This document shows, piece by piece, positions 8,286-17,326 of a stretch of 64,000 bases of DNA. The position numbers were made by a program, and so were the translations under genes. The notes under the pieces were generated by a model. The model ran no database searches. It worked only from the letters and a program-made list of their open reading frames with translations, and had not been told where the DNA came from. Each line of letters begins with the position of its first letter. The first letter of the stretch is position 1. The stretch comes from Pseudomonadota bacterium. Its GTDB lineage: Bacteria > Pseudomonadota > Gammaproteobacteria > Burkholderiales > JAKAFK01. The stretch lies in contig JAJYKK010000011.1 of assembly GCA_021788645.1 (NCBI GenBank), positions 3,167 through 67,166 of the forward strand. Direction: 5' to 3'.

Positions 8286-10238
8286 CTAGTCCCCCATGCC
8301 CATTTGAATGTAACCCGTGGGGCACACATCGGCGCAAATATGGCAGCCGACGCACTTGCTGTAGTCGGTGTCCACATAGCGCCCGGTGCTCGACTTGTCG
8401 CGCTTGACCTTGAACACGGCGGTCTGCGGGCAATAGATGACGCAGTTGTCGCACTCGAAGCACAGGCCGCAACTCATGCAGCGCTTGGCCTCCCCGATGG
8501 CTTGCTTCTCGTCGAGCGCCTCCAGGCGTTCCGCAAAGTGCCCCAGCACCTCTTCGGGCGTCAGGTTGTCCATGCGGCGCTTGTTGCGCTCCGAGTAGGT
8601 GAAGTGCCCGAGGAACAGTTCGTCGGCGGGAATCACATACTTGTCGGCGCGGTTTTCGAAGTTGTGCATGGCGCAGTTCGTCGAATCGGTGCCGCGCAGC
8701 GGCTCCGTGCACTCGGCCGGCTGCAGCCCCTTCTCCGCCATCTTGCGTATCATGTCGAAGCTGTGCACGTCGACCTTCGGGCGTTTCTCCTGCCCCTCGC
8801 CCTTGAGGAAGCGGTCGATGCCGTCCGCCGCGATCGAGCCGTGGCCGATGGCCGTGGTGAGCAAGTGCGGCCGCAGCACGTCGCCGCCGACGAAGACGTT
8901 TTCCTTGCCGGGCACGCGGTAGTTCTTGTCCGCGGCCATCAGGCCCTTGCCGTTGTCGAACTGCTCGAGGCCGGTGAAGTCGACGGCCTGACCGATGGCG
9001 GACACGATGAGGTCGGCCGGCAGATCCTGTTCGGTGCCGGGCTTGACGACGACCTGGTTCTTCACCACTTCGCATTCGGCGACGCGCAATGCCGTCGCAC
9101 GTCCGTCCGGGCCGACGACCACGGCGATCGGGGTAAGGCTGCCGCGGATCTCGATCCCTTCGGACAGGGCATGCTCGATTTCGTGCTTGTTCGCGTGCAT
9201 CTTGTCGATCGTCGAGCGCGTGATCAGCACCACGTCCGCCCCTTCCTTGGCGGAAACGGCCGCCACGTCATGGGCCACCTGCCCCATGATCACGAACTCG
9301 GGACGATCCGTTTCGTTCTCTTTGGTGATGTGCCCAAGACGACGGGCAACCGTCGCCACGTCGATCGAGGTGTCGCCACCGCCGACCACCACGATCCGCT
9401 TTCCGACATGCTGCAGGCGGCCTTCGTTGAAGGCGCGCAGGAAGGCCACTGCATGGACGCAGTTGGGGGCCTCCGCGCCGGGGACCGGCAACGCCCGTCC
9501 GCCTTGCGCCCCGAGGCCCATGAACACCGCATCGAACTCCTGCTCGATCTGCGCCATGGTCACGTCACGGCCGACGCGCGTGTTCAGGCGTGCTTCGACC
9601 CCCATGTCGAGGATCCGCTTGATCTCGGTATCGAGGACATCGCGCGGCGTGCGGAAACCGGGAATGCCGTAGCGCATCATGCCGCCCAGTTCGGCGTGCT
9701 CGTCGAAGATCGTGCACTCGTGCCCCTTCTTGCGCAGCTGATAGGCGCACGACAAGCCGGCAGGACCGCCGCCGATGATCGCGACCTTCTTGCCCGTGGA
9801 ATGCTCCGGCTTGGCAAAACCCAGGTTGTTGGCACGCCCCCACTCGCCGATATAGTGCTCGACCGAGTTGATCCCGACGTGATCTTCCACCTGGTTGCGG
9901 TTGCAGCCGCTCTCGCACGGTGCCGGGCACACCCGTCCCATCACGGAGGGGAAAGGGTTGGCTTCGGTCAGCCGATGGAAGGCATAGGATTGCCAGTTCA
10001 CGCCCGCGGGCGGCTTTTCCATGCCGCGCACGATGTTGAGGTAGCCCCGGATGTCTTCGCCGGCCGGGCAGCTGGCCTGGCAGGGCGGAGCGCTCAGCAC
10101 ATATTCCGGGCATTTGTGCGTATGATCCCCATCGACGAAGATCTTCTCCTGCATCGACTCCCACTCATTGTCGCCGTTCTTGAAGCGCCGGAAATTCAGG
10201 GCAGATTGCTTCTTCACGTCGTCGGATGTAACTGACAT
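8286..10238 (-). CDS. dsrL: DsrL, NAD(P)H-dependent iron-sulfur flavoprotein (GltD-like)
   Basis: Start at ATG 10238, preceded by AAGGAG. GltD-like body (VAIIGGGPAGLSCAYQLRKKGH, VVVGGGDTSID). C-terminal ferredoxin domain CMSCGLCFECDNCVIYCP and CVGCHICADVCP. Confidence 0.85.
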   Translation of the reverse strand: MSVTSDDVKKQSALNFRRFKNGDNEWESMQEKIFVDGDHTHKCPEYVLSAPPCQASCPAGEDIRGYLNIVRGMEKPPAGVNWQSYAFHRLTEANPFPSVMGRVCPAPCESGCNRNQVEDHVGINSVEHYIGEWGRANNLGFAKPEHSTGKKVAIIGGGPAGLSCAYQLRKKGHECTIFDEHAELGGMMRYGIPGFRTPRDVLDTEIKRILDMGVEARLNTRVGRDVTMAQIEQEFDAVFMGLGAQGGRALPVPGAEAPNCVHAVAFLRAFNEGRLQHVGKRIVVVGGGDTSIDVATVARRLGHITKENETDRPEFVIMGQVAHDVAAVSAKEGADVVLITRSTIDKMHANKHEIEHALSEGIEIRGSLTPIAVVVGPDGRATALRVAECEVVKNQVVVKPGTEQDLPADLIVSAIGQAVDFTGLEQFDNGKGLMAADKNYRVPGKENVFVGGDVLRPHLLTTAIGHGSIAADGIDRFLKGEGQEKRPKVDVHSFDMIRKMAEKGLQPAECTEPLRGTDSTNCAMHNFENRADKYVIPADELFLGHFTYSERNKRRMDNLTPEEVLGHFAERLEALDEKQAIGEAKRCMSCGLCFECDNCVIYCPQTAVFKVKRDKSSTGRYVDTDYSKCVGCHICADVCPTGYIQMGMGD

Positions 10239-10305
10239 CTCGCTGGTCTCCTTGAAAACGTTCCCTGCGGGAAGCTCGAGGGCCGGAGGCCCCCGCATCG
10301 CCGCC

Positions 10306-11802
10306 CTATTGTTTCGTACCCAACTGAATCGCCGTGCTCACCAACTGGTGCACGCCGCCAATCATGCTCATGTCGAACCCGTAATACGGGACCACCTTGG
10401 TGAACTGCGACTTGCAAATGGCGCAGATCAGGGCCATGAAGTTCACGCCATGGTCATCGACCACCTGCTTGAGCGCTTCCATCCGGGGCAAGGCACCCTT
10501 CACCCGGACCTCCATCAGGTCATCCGTGAGCAGGCCGCCGCCGCCCCCGCAGCAGAAGGTCTTCTCCTCGATCGTGTCCGGTGCCATGTCATGGAAATGG
10601 TTCGCGACCGACTTGATGATCGCGCGCGGGATAAAGAACTGGCCGCCGGGCATATTGCCCATGCGCGAGGCGCGCGCCACGTTGCACGAGTCATGGAAGG
10701 TGATGATGCGATGATCGTTGGCTTCCTTGTCGAGCGTCAGCGCACCGCGCTGAATGAGGTCCCAGGTCACTTCGCAGACATGCTGCGGCCATGGATAGCG
10801 CTTGTCGAGGAAATCGAGCGGGCCGATCAGGGTATTCCAGAAGCTATACGCCACCCGCCAGGCATGGCCGCACTCGCCGACGACGATCCGCTTGACGCCG
10901 AGATCGAGCGCGGCCTCGCGGATGCGCATCGCCACCTTGCGCATCTGCTCATAATTCCCGATGAACAGGCCGAAGTTGCCCGCCTCCGAGGCATGCGAGC
11001 TCAGCGTCCAGCTGATCCCCGCCTGATGGAACACCTTCGCATAGCCGATCAGGCTGTCGACGTGCGGTTCGGCAAAGAAGTCCGCCGATGGCGTAATCAA
11101 CAGCACTTCCGCGCCCTTGACGTCGATCGGCAGGCGAACGTCCACGCCGGTGTCCGCCTTGATGTCCTCCTCCAGGCCGGTGAGCGTGTCTTCCAGCGCC
11201 GGACCGGGAAGGCCCAGGTTGTTGCCGATCTTGTGAACCTTGCCGATGATCTCGTTGGTGTACTTGGTGCCCACGCTGACGGTGTCGAGGATCTCGCGCG
11301 CCGCCATGGTGACCTCGGCGGTGTCGATCCCATACGGACAGAATACCGAACACCGGCGGCATTCCGAACACTGGTGGAAGTAGGTGTACCACTGGTCCAG
11401 CACGTCGCGCGTGAGGTCCTCGGCACCCACCAGCTTCGGAAAGTATTTGCCCGCGAACGTGAAGTAGCGCCGATACACCTTGCGCAGCAGATCCTGGCGC
11501 GCCACCGGCATGTTGTTGGGATCCGAGGTGCCCAGGAAATAATGGCATTTGTCGGTACAGGCACCGCAGTGGACGCAGGTGTCCATGTACACGCGGAAGG
11601 AGCGGTACTTGTCCAACAGTTCGCCCATCTTGGCGATCGCCACATCGTGCCAGTCCTCCGGCAGCTCGCCCGGGAATCCCAACGCCTGCTGGATGCCCGC
11701 ATTGGCCGGAAAGGACTTCACCTCGGCCATCGCGTTCTCTTTGAGAACCGGGATGACGGGATAGGGCTTCAGTTTAGGTACTTCGAATTTGGCTTGGGCC
11801 AC
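10306..11802 (-). CDS. dsrK: DsrK, HdrD-like catalytic Fe-S subunit
   Basis: CVHCGACTDKCH and CSECRRCSVFCP ferredoxin motifs. CCG-domain signature FCCGGGGG. Follows dsrM. Confidence 0.9.
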   Translation of the reverse strand: MAQAKFEVPKLKPYPVIPVLKENAMAEVKSFPANAGIQQALGFPGELPEDWHDVAIAKMGELLDKYRSFRVYMDTCVHCGACTDKCHYFLGTSDPNNMPVARQDLLRKVYRRYFTFAGKYFPKLVGAEDLTRDVLDQWYTYFHQCSECRRCSVFCPYGIDTAEVTMAAREILDTVSVGTKYTNEIIGKVHKIGNNLGLPGPALEDTLTGLEEDIKADTGVDVRLPIDVKGAEVLLITPSADFFAEPHVDSLIGYAKVFHQAGISWTLSSHASEAGNFGLFIGNYEQMRKVAMRIREAALDLGVKRIVVGECGHAWRVAYSFWNTLIGPLDFLDKRYPWPQHVCEVTWDLIQRGALTLDKEANDHRIITFHDSCNVARASRMGNMPGGQFFIPRAIIKSVANHFHDMAPDTIEEKTFCCGGGGGLLTDDLMEVRVKGALPRMEALKQVVDDHGVNFMALICAICKSQFTKVVPYYGFDMSMIGGVHQLVSTAIQLGTKQ

Positions 11803-11851
11803 GGGTATCCCCTTACGAATCTATCGCTTGTCCTGTGCCGTCTGGCTCTAC

Positions 11852-12580
11852 TCAAGGTTCCAGCTTGGGTGCCCACGGCGTCACATGCTGCTGCTCGCGG
11901 GCGTTGTCCGCCTGGTTGCGCGTGGGGCTGAAGAACACGCCGGGCGCATGGAGCAGCTTGCTGATGGGAAAGATCGCGAGCAAGGTCGCCACGAGAAACA
12001 GGTGCACGAGCAGCGGCGGATCGGCGGGCAGCGGCTGCCAGTCGAAGTACACGAGCCCCAGGGCGAATTCCTTCAAGGAAATGATGTCGGTGTGCGAGAC
12101 GAAATCCATGCTCATGCCGCTCAAGCCGATCCCGAGCAGCAAGACCAGCATCAGGTGATCGGAGGGGGTCGAGATGTAGCGAATGCGCGGCACGAGGAAG
12201 CGGCGCGCCCACAAGCCCGCGAGCCCGCCCACCATCAGGAACGAGGCATACTTCCCGAACGGCTGGAGGAGCACGACCCAGGTCCACACCGGCTCGGTGA
12301 AGTAGCGCAGGTGGCGCAGCAGGACCAGCAGGAGTCCGAAATGGAACATCGCGCCGAAGAGCCAGATCCACTTGTTGGATTTGAACAGGCTCTCGAACAG
12401 CACGACCTCGCGTGCGACGCGAAAACCGGCGCCGGCGGGCGTCAGCGGCGCCGGCGTGGTGGGAATCTTGAGGGGCGCGGGCGTGCGCGCATAGCTGTAA
12501 ATGCGAAATCCGACGCCGAACACGAACATCGCCGTCGCGGCGTAAAACAAACAAGCGTACGTCACCGTCAGCCAAGACAT
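11852..12580 (-). CDS. dsrM: DsrM, NarI-like dihaem cytochrome b membrane subunit
   Basis: 242 aa with about 5 TM helices. FGAMFHFGLLLVLLRHLRYF and the downstream His residues are typical of NarI/HdrE-like proteins. Confidence 0.9.
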   Translation of the reverse strand: MSWLTVTYACLFYAATAMFVFGVGFRIYSYARTPAPLKIPTTPAPLTPAGAGFRVAREVVLFESLFKSNKWIWLFGAMFHFGLLLVLLRHLRYFTEPVWTWVVLLQPFGKYASFLMVGGLAGLWARRFLVPRIRYISTPSDHLMLVLLLGIGLSGMSMDFVSHTDIISLKEFALGLVYFDWQPLPADPPLLVHLFLVATLLAIFPISKLLHAPGVFFSPTRNQADNAREQQHVTPWAPKLEP

Positions 12581-12684
12581 CAGTCAGTCTCCAGTTTCCC
12601 GGTCCGGTTGCGGAGTCGAGCGAGGGGGGCGCCCGCCGAAGCTTGACGCCTTTCCCCGCCCTCCGCGCTTTGCTTCTTCGCTTC

Positions 12685-13017
12685 TTAGATGCAGCCCGTG
12701 GGCTTGGGCAGGCCGGCGATCTTGCATGCCTGCTTGGCCGGGCCGTAAGGGAAAAGCTCGTACAGGTACTTGTTGCTGCCCTTTTCCGGGCCCAGCTTCT
12801 TGCCGATCGCCTTGGTCAGCACGCGGATGGCCGGCGCGATCTGGTAGTCGTTGTAGTACTCACGCAGGAAGTTGATGACTTCCCAGTGATTGTCGGTCAT
12901 GTCGACCTTCTCTTCCTTCGCCAGATACTTGGCAGCCTCTTCATCCCATTCGCTCAGGTTGATGAGGTAGCCCTCTTCATCCGTCTCGTAGGTCTTGCCA
13001 TTGATTTCGAAGCTCAT
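12685..13017 (-). CDS. dsrC: DsrC, sulfur-transfer substrate protein of DsrAB with both conserved C-terminal cysteines
   Basis: 110 aa. HWEVINFLREYY, YLYELFPYGPAKQACKIAGLPKPTGCI. CysB lies in QACK and the penultimate CysA in TGCI. Confidence 0.95.
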   Translation of the reverse strand: MSFEINGKTYETDEEGYLINLSEWDEEAAKYLAKEEKVDMTDNHWEVINFLREYYNDYQIAPAIRVLTKAIGKKLGPEKGSNKYLYELFPYGPAKQACKIAGLPKPTGCI

Positions 13018-13061
13018 CGCTTACTCCTCTGCGCCAAATAAAAAATCAAGAACAGCCTTTA

Positions 13062-13361
13062 TTACAGCCAGGACTGCGTGTTGGCGTGTTCGGCCACGAG
13101 ATCGACGAAGCCGCCGTAGTCCACGAGCTTGACGCCGTCCAACAGCAGGTTGTTGACACCCCTCGCTTCCACATCGGGCGATAAGGCGTAAACGCTTACG
13201 GAACCTAGGGCCGCCTTGACGCCCGCGGCGGCAATGTTGTCGCGCGTTGCGGCATAGACGCCATCTTCGATCAGCAGGATTGCCGATCCCGCCTTCGCGA
13301 GCCGCAGACAGCTCTCAAGGTTGCGGGTTTGGTACGGCGATTTATTCACGATATGCAGCAT
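13062..13361 (-). CDS. dsrH: DsrH sulfur relay protein
   Basis: 99 aa. MLHIVNKSPY...SCLRLAKAGSAILLIEDGVYAA matches the DsrH/TusB pattern. Last gene of dsrEFH. Confidence 0.85.
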   Translation of the reverse strand: MLHIVNKSPYQTRNLESCLRLAKAGSAILLIEDGVYAATRDNIAAAGVKAALGSVSVYALSPDVEARGVNNLLLDGVKLVDYGGFVDLVAEHANTQSWL

Positions 13362-13377
13362 GTCACCACCTTGAGTG

Positions 13378-13785
13378 TTAGAAGCTAATGACCACGTCTT
13401 GCGCAGCCATCAGATCCGCCATTTCCTCATTGCTGAGCACCTCAACCGGGACGATCAGGTTCTCCTCGGTCAGGCCACGCGCCTTCAGCGACTCGGCGTC
13501 GACATAAAGCTTTTCGATGTCGTAGCCTTCAAGCGCCCGGTAGGTGGGCGAGAAATTCTTGACGTCGATGCCCTTGGTCGCTTGGCCCTTGACCAGCTCG
13601 TAGACGCCGTCGTCCACGAACGCAAGGCTCACGTCCTGGTCAAACGCCGCGCTGATCAGCACCACTTCCAGCCCTTCAAGGGCATAGATCGTGCCATAAG
13701 GCGCCTTGCGGTTGACGAACATGAACTTCTTGACGCGGCCGGCGGTCTCTTCCTCAACCTCGATGCCGCCCGTACTTTCCGTCAT
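13378..13785 (-). CDS. dsrF: DsrF sulfur relay protein
   Basis: ORF 13378..13842 trimmed to ATG 13785, preceded by GAGGAGAAGG. KKFMFVNRKAPYGTIYALEGLEVVLISAAFDQDVSLAFVDDGVYEL matches the DsrF/TusC pattern. Confidence 0.85.
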   Translation of the reverse strand: MTESTGGIEVEEETAGRVKKFMFVNRKAPYGTIYALEGLEVVLISAAFDQDVSLAFVDDGVYELVKGQATKGIDVKNFSPTYRALEGYDIEKLYVDAESLKARGLTEENLIVPVEVLSNEEMADLMAAQDVVISF

Positions 13786-13795
13786 AACCTTCTCC

Positions 13796-14155
13796 TCAAT
13801 CACCGAATACCACCAGGCGGTCCGCCTGGATGCCGGACTCAACCAACTGCCCGAGCCCCGAGATCCGGAAACCCTTCGCCAGGTTCTCTTCCAGGATGCC
13901 GCGGCGCAACGCCGCCGCCACGCACACCACCAGATCGATGCCGTGCTCCTCCGCGAGCTTCGACCAGCGATTCACGATATTCCGGTCGTCCTGCGGGGGT
14001 TCGGTCAGACGCGTTGCGTTGTTGACGCCGTCGTGATAGAAGAACACGCGGTGAATCTGATGCCCCTTCGCCAAAGCCGCCTTGACGAACTGATAGGCGG
14101 TGTCCGTCGCCTGATGCGTGTACGGACCTTCGCTGATCATTATTCCGAATTTCAT
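13796..14155 (-). CDS. dsrE: DsrE sulfur relay protein (active-site Cys present)
   Basis: MKFGIMISEGPYTHQATDTAYQFVKAALAKGHQIHRVFFYHDGVNNATRL...DLVVCVAAALRRGI...FRISGLGQLVESGIQADRLVVFGD is near-colinear with Allochromatium DsrE as recalled. Confidence 0.9.
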   Translation of the reverse strand: MKFGIMISEGPYTHQATDTAYQFVKAALAKGHQIHRVFFYHDGVNNATRLTEPPQDDRNIVNRWSKLAEEHGIDLVVCVAAALRRGILEENLAKGFRISGLGQLVESGIQADRLVVFGD

Positions 14156-14216
14156 ACCCAGTAGTCTCTTTCAAGCCGCCGCGCCCAACACTGCGCCTTG
14201 GGCGCGGACGGGCCGA

Positions 14217-15287
14217 TTAGAAGCGGATGTGTGCCGATGCGTTGAGGGTAGCCCGCGCACCACGCCAATTGTCGATGTGGTACTTGGTGAACGGCAATCC
14301 GGTCTTCTCGAAGAAGCGCGGCCAGCCAATGCGGTCGATCCAGTCGGCCATGCGCTCCCACGGCTGCGCGTCATTCTTGTAGGTGTTGAGGATGTTCTTC
14401 ACCACCGCCGCCGTTTCCGGCCAACGCGGCGCGCTATTGGGCAGGCCCGCGGCCACCAGCTTGTGGAAGGTCGGGCGCGTACGCGCATTGGAGTTCTTGC
14501 CCCCCACCCAGATCGCGATCTTGGAGTGCTCGGGATCGTTGATCTGCATCGGCGGGCAGGGCGGGAAGCAGGCGCCGCAGCACACGCACTTGCGCTCGTC
14601 GACTTCCAGCGACGGCTTGCCGTTGACCAGCGCGGGGCGGATCGCCGCCACCGGGCAACGCGCCACGACCGACGGACGCTCGCACACGTTCGCGACGAGG
14701 TCATGGTTGATCTTGGGCGGCTTGGTATGCTGGATCACGATGGCGATGTCCGCCTGGCCGCCGCAGTTGATCTCGCAGCAGGACGTGGACAGCTTCACCC
14801 GGTTGGGCATCTCGCACTTGACGAACTCGTCATAGAGCTCGTCCATCAGCGCCTTGACCACGCCCGACGCATCGGTGCCGGGAATGTCGCAGTGGAGCCA
14901 TCCCTGGGTGTGCGCAATCATGCTCACGGAGTTGGCGGTGCCGCCGACCGGGAAGCCGTTCTTGGTGAGCGCATCGATCAGCGGGTTCACCTTGGCTTCG
15001 CTCGACACCATGAACTCGATGTTGGATCGCGCGGTGAAGCGCACGTGCCCGTCGCCGAACTGGTCGGCGATGTCGCACAGCTTGCGAATGGTGTAGTGGT
15101 CCATCTGACGCTGCGTCCCGGCCTTCACCGTCCATACCTCGTCGCCGCCGTCGGCGCGATGGTACAACACCCCGGGGCGCGGGTGGCTGTGATATACCCA
15201 ATGACCATAATTCTTGCGCATCACGGGATGCATGTACTGCATCGGATCCGGTGCACCGCTCTCAATTGGTTGACGCATTTCAGCCAT
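14217..15287 (-). CDS. dsrB: Reverse dissimilatory sulfite reductase beta subunit DsrB
   Basis: 356 aa. Ferredoxin insert CVCCGACFPPCP. Sirohaem/Fe-S Cys pattern STSCCEINCGGQAD. Follows dsrA. Confidence 0.9.
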   Translation of the reverse strand: MAEMRQPIESGAPDPMQYMHPVMRKNYGHWVYHSHPRPGVLYHRADGGDEVWTVKAGTQRQMDHYTIRKLCDIADQFGDGHVRFTARSNIEFMVSSEAKVNPLIDALTKNGFPVGGTANSVSMIAHTQGWLHCDIPGTDASGVVKALMDELYDEFVKCEMPNRVKLSTSCCEINCGGQADIAIVIQHTKPPKINHDLVANVCERPSVVARCPVAAIRPALVNGKPSLEVDERKCVCCGACFPPCPPMQINDPEHSKIAIWVGGKNSNARTRPTFHKLVAAGLPNSAPRWPETAAVVKNILNTYKNDAQPWERMADWIDRIGWPRFFEKTGLPFTKYHIDNWRGARATLNASAHIRF

Positions 15288-15363
15288 TATTCATTCTCCA
15301 GCAAACTATAGATGCGGACAGCGGGCTGGGCACCCGCCATCCGCGCCCCACACGATAAGCCGG

Positions 15364-16662
15364 CTAGCCGCCCGACGCCTTGCGTTCCGTGGCCTTCTCG
15401 ACCTCCTCGTCCCAACCATCCATCCGAATATACGGATTGGCGCGAGGCTGCAGGATCATGTTCGCATCGACTTCGAGGCCCATGCCTTCCAGGAAGTTCG
15501 ACAGGCCGATGCGATCGATCATCTCGCCGGTCCGCTCGTGGTCCAGCGCATTCTCGGCAAAGAAGTCGAGCATGTTGCGCGAAAGCTCGTTCAGCTTGTC
15601 GAAGTCCTCGTCCGACTCGAGCTTCATGAAGGGAATGACGACCGTTCCCATGGTCGCGCCGATCTTCAGCACGCTCTTGCCGCCCACCAGGATGGTCACG
15701 CCCTTGTCCTTGCCCGGCAACAGCGCGCCCGGCATCACGTTGAGGCAGTGCATGCAGCGCACGCAGTTGTGGTTGTCGATTTCCAGGGCCGTCGCATCGT
15801 CCAGCGCGACCGCGCTGAAGCCGTCGGTCGTGCGCGCCTCGCCCGCCTTCTTCACGGCCAGGGCCTTGCTCGGGCAGCGGGTCACGACGTTGTTGACCAG
15901 GCCTTCCATGCCGTTGGCGGCGAACCATTCGCGGGCAAGCTTCTCGTCGGTCCGGATGTTGTCGCGCCAGGTGCCGATGACCGCCATGTCGGAACGCTGA
16001 ATCGAGTTCACGCAGTCATTGGGGCAGCCGGCAAACTTGAACTTGAACTTGTACGGCAGCGCCGGGCGGTGCATGTCGTCGATGTTGTTGTTGATGACCG
16101 TCTGCAGGGCGCGCGACTCGTCGTAGCAGGACATTTCGCACCGGGCGGCGCCGACGCAGGACATCGAGGTCCGCAGGGCCGGTCCTGCACCCCCGAGGTC
16201 GAAGCCCATTTCGTTGAACTCGTCGAAGGCCGGCTGCACGTTCGCGGTGCTCACCCCCTGGAACATGATGTCGCCGCTTTGCCCGTGGAAGGCGATCAGG
16301 CCGGAACCGTGCTTCTGCCATACGTCGCACATCTTGCGCAGCAGATCGGTGCTGTAATGCATGCCGGCGGGCGGCTGGATACGCAGGGTATGGAACTCGG
16401 CCGCATCCGGGAACACGGGCTTCTCGTTCGCGTCCTTGAGCTCCGTGAAACGGGGGATGACGCCGCCGCCATAACCGAAGACCCCCACGGTACCGCCTTT
16501 CCAGTAACCTTTCTTGGTCTCGTAGGAGGTCTCGAGCTGACCCAACAGATCAACCATCATGTCGTTTTCTTGGGCGAGGCGCTTGAGCCCGGTCACAAAG
16601 CTCGGCCACGGCCCGCTTTCCAGTTGGTCAAGCATGGGCGTGTCGTGCATTTTCTTGGCCAT
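15364..16662 (-). CDS. dsrA: Reverse dissimilatory sulfite reductase alpha subunit DsrA
   Basis: ORF 15364..16794 trimmed to ATG 16662 (MAKKMHDTPMLDQLESGPWPSFVTGLKRLA). CVGAARCEMSCYD, FAGCPNDCV and ferredoxin insert CVRCMHCLNVMP. Confidence 0.9.
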   Translation of the reverse strand: MAKKMHDTPMLDQLESGPWPSFVTGLKRLAQENDMMVDLLGQLETSYETKKGYWKGGTVGVFGYGGGVIPRFTELKDANEKPVFPDAAEFHTLRIQPPAGMHYSTDLLRKMCDVWQKHGSGLIAFHGQSGDIMFQGVSTANVQPAFDEFNEMGFDLGGAGPALRTSMSCVGAARCEMSCYDESRALQTVINNNIDDMHRPALPYKFKFKFAGCPNDCVNSIQRSDMAVIGTWRDNIRTDEKLAREWFAANGMEGLVNNVVTRCPSKALAVKKAGEARTTDGFSAVALDDATALEIDNHNCVRCMHCLNVMPGALLPGKDKGVTILVGGKSVLKIGATMGTVVIPFMKLESDEDFDKLNELSRNMLDFFAENALDHERTGEMIDRIGLSNFLEGMGLEVDANMILQPRANPYIRMDGWDEEVEKATERKASGG

Positions 16663-16883
16663 GGTCAATCTCCGTAGGAAGTCTGCAGCAGTTTTATGAG
16701 ACGCTTGGATGCGCGCACTTCGCCGCGCACCCCCGCAAAACGAAAATCGGTGCCTAGGCGGCGACCGCGTCCCCGGCACTTCCGGGAACACCACCGCCGA
16801 TCAGGCCCGTCCACAACTCACCGATGGGCTGCATGTTACAGCCGTTCGCCGTTCAGCCCAATCACCCCGAGTGGTGCCTTCAA

Positions 16884-16901
16884 CCTACCCGCATGGGTAG
16901 G
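16884..16901. promoter_or_regulatory. Perfect 7-bp inverted repeat CCTACCC-GCAT-GGGTAGG in the dsrA-divergent intergenic region
   Basis: Read directly: cctaccc (16884-16890), gcat, gggtagg (16895-16901). It lies between dsrA (start 16662) and the plus-strand operon (first start 17043). Confidence 0.3.
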
Positions 16902-17042
16902 TTATGGCTCCTCCCCTAGGATGGTCGGTCTCTTCGTCTATTGATTCAGCCCAGGGGAGTCCCCATACTTGGGGGGCAGGTCAAAGCGGGATCAAGTCGC
17001 ATTCGTTCACCCCTTAATATTTTGCGTCTGGGAAGGATCGGC

Positions 17043-17267
17043 GTGGAAGAAATCACTCGCCTTCAAAAATTTGCCGCCACTCCCTTCAAGCAGGAGATCG
17101 AGCTCCAGCGCGTGGATCACGCGGCGGGGTTCACCACGTTGCGCATCCGCATCCGGGAAGGCAAGCGATTTACCATCTTCGACATCGACGAGGCCACCGC
17201 CCTCCACTGGGGAGAGGCGCTGACCGACTGGGCGCGCTCGCGAGCCCAGACAGGAGAGACAAAATAG
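17043..17267 (+). CDS. Hypothetical 74-aa protein, first gene of the dsrA-divergent operon
   Basis: Part of ORF 16941..17267. GTG at 17043 is preceded by GGAAGGA 5 nt upstream. Sequence VEEITRLQKFAATPFKQEIELQRVDHAAGFTTLRIRIREGKRFTIFDIDEATALHWGEAL. No family recognised. Confidence 0.4.
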   Translation: MEEITRLQKFAATPFKQEIELQRVDHAAGFTTLRIRIREGKRFTIFDIDEATALHWGEALTDWARSRAQTGETK

Positions 17268-17326
17268 GCTGGCCAGCAGAAGAGGGCGCCGCGCTCGCCG
17301 CGCGCGAGCCCGCCGTTACCGACCTC

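Noticed and set aside
7563-10235. 890-aa plus-strand ORF
   Set aside because: Antisense to dsrJ and dsrL, with low-complexity composition and no recognisable domain.
10168-11931. 587-aa plus-strand ORF
   Set aside because: Antisense to dsrK, whose identity is unambiguous (CCG and ferredoxin motifs).
17013-17021. TAATAT as a -10 element for the plus-strand sulfur module
   Set aside because: The only -35 candidate at suitable spacing (TCAAGT, 17 nt) is weak. It cannot be supported without transcription start site data.
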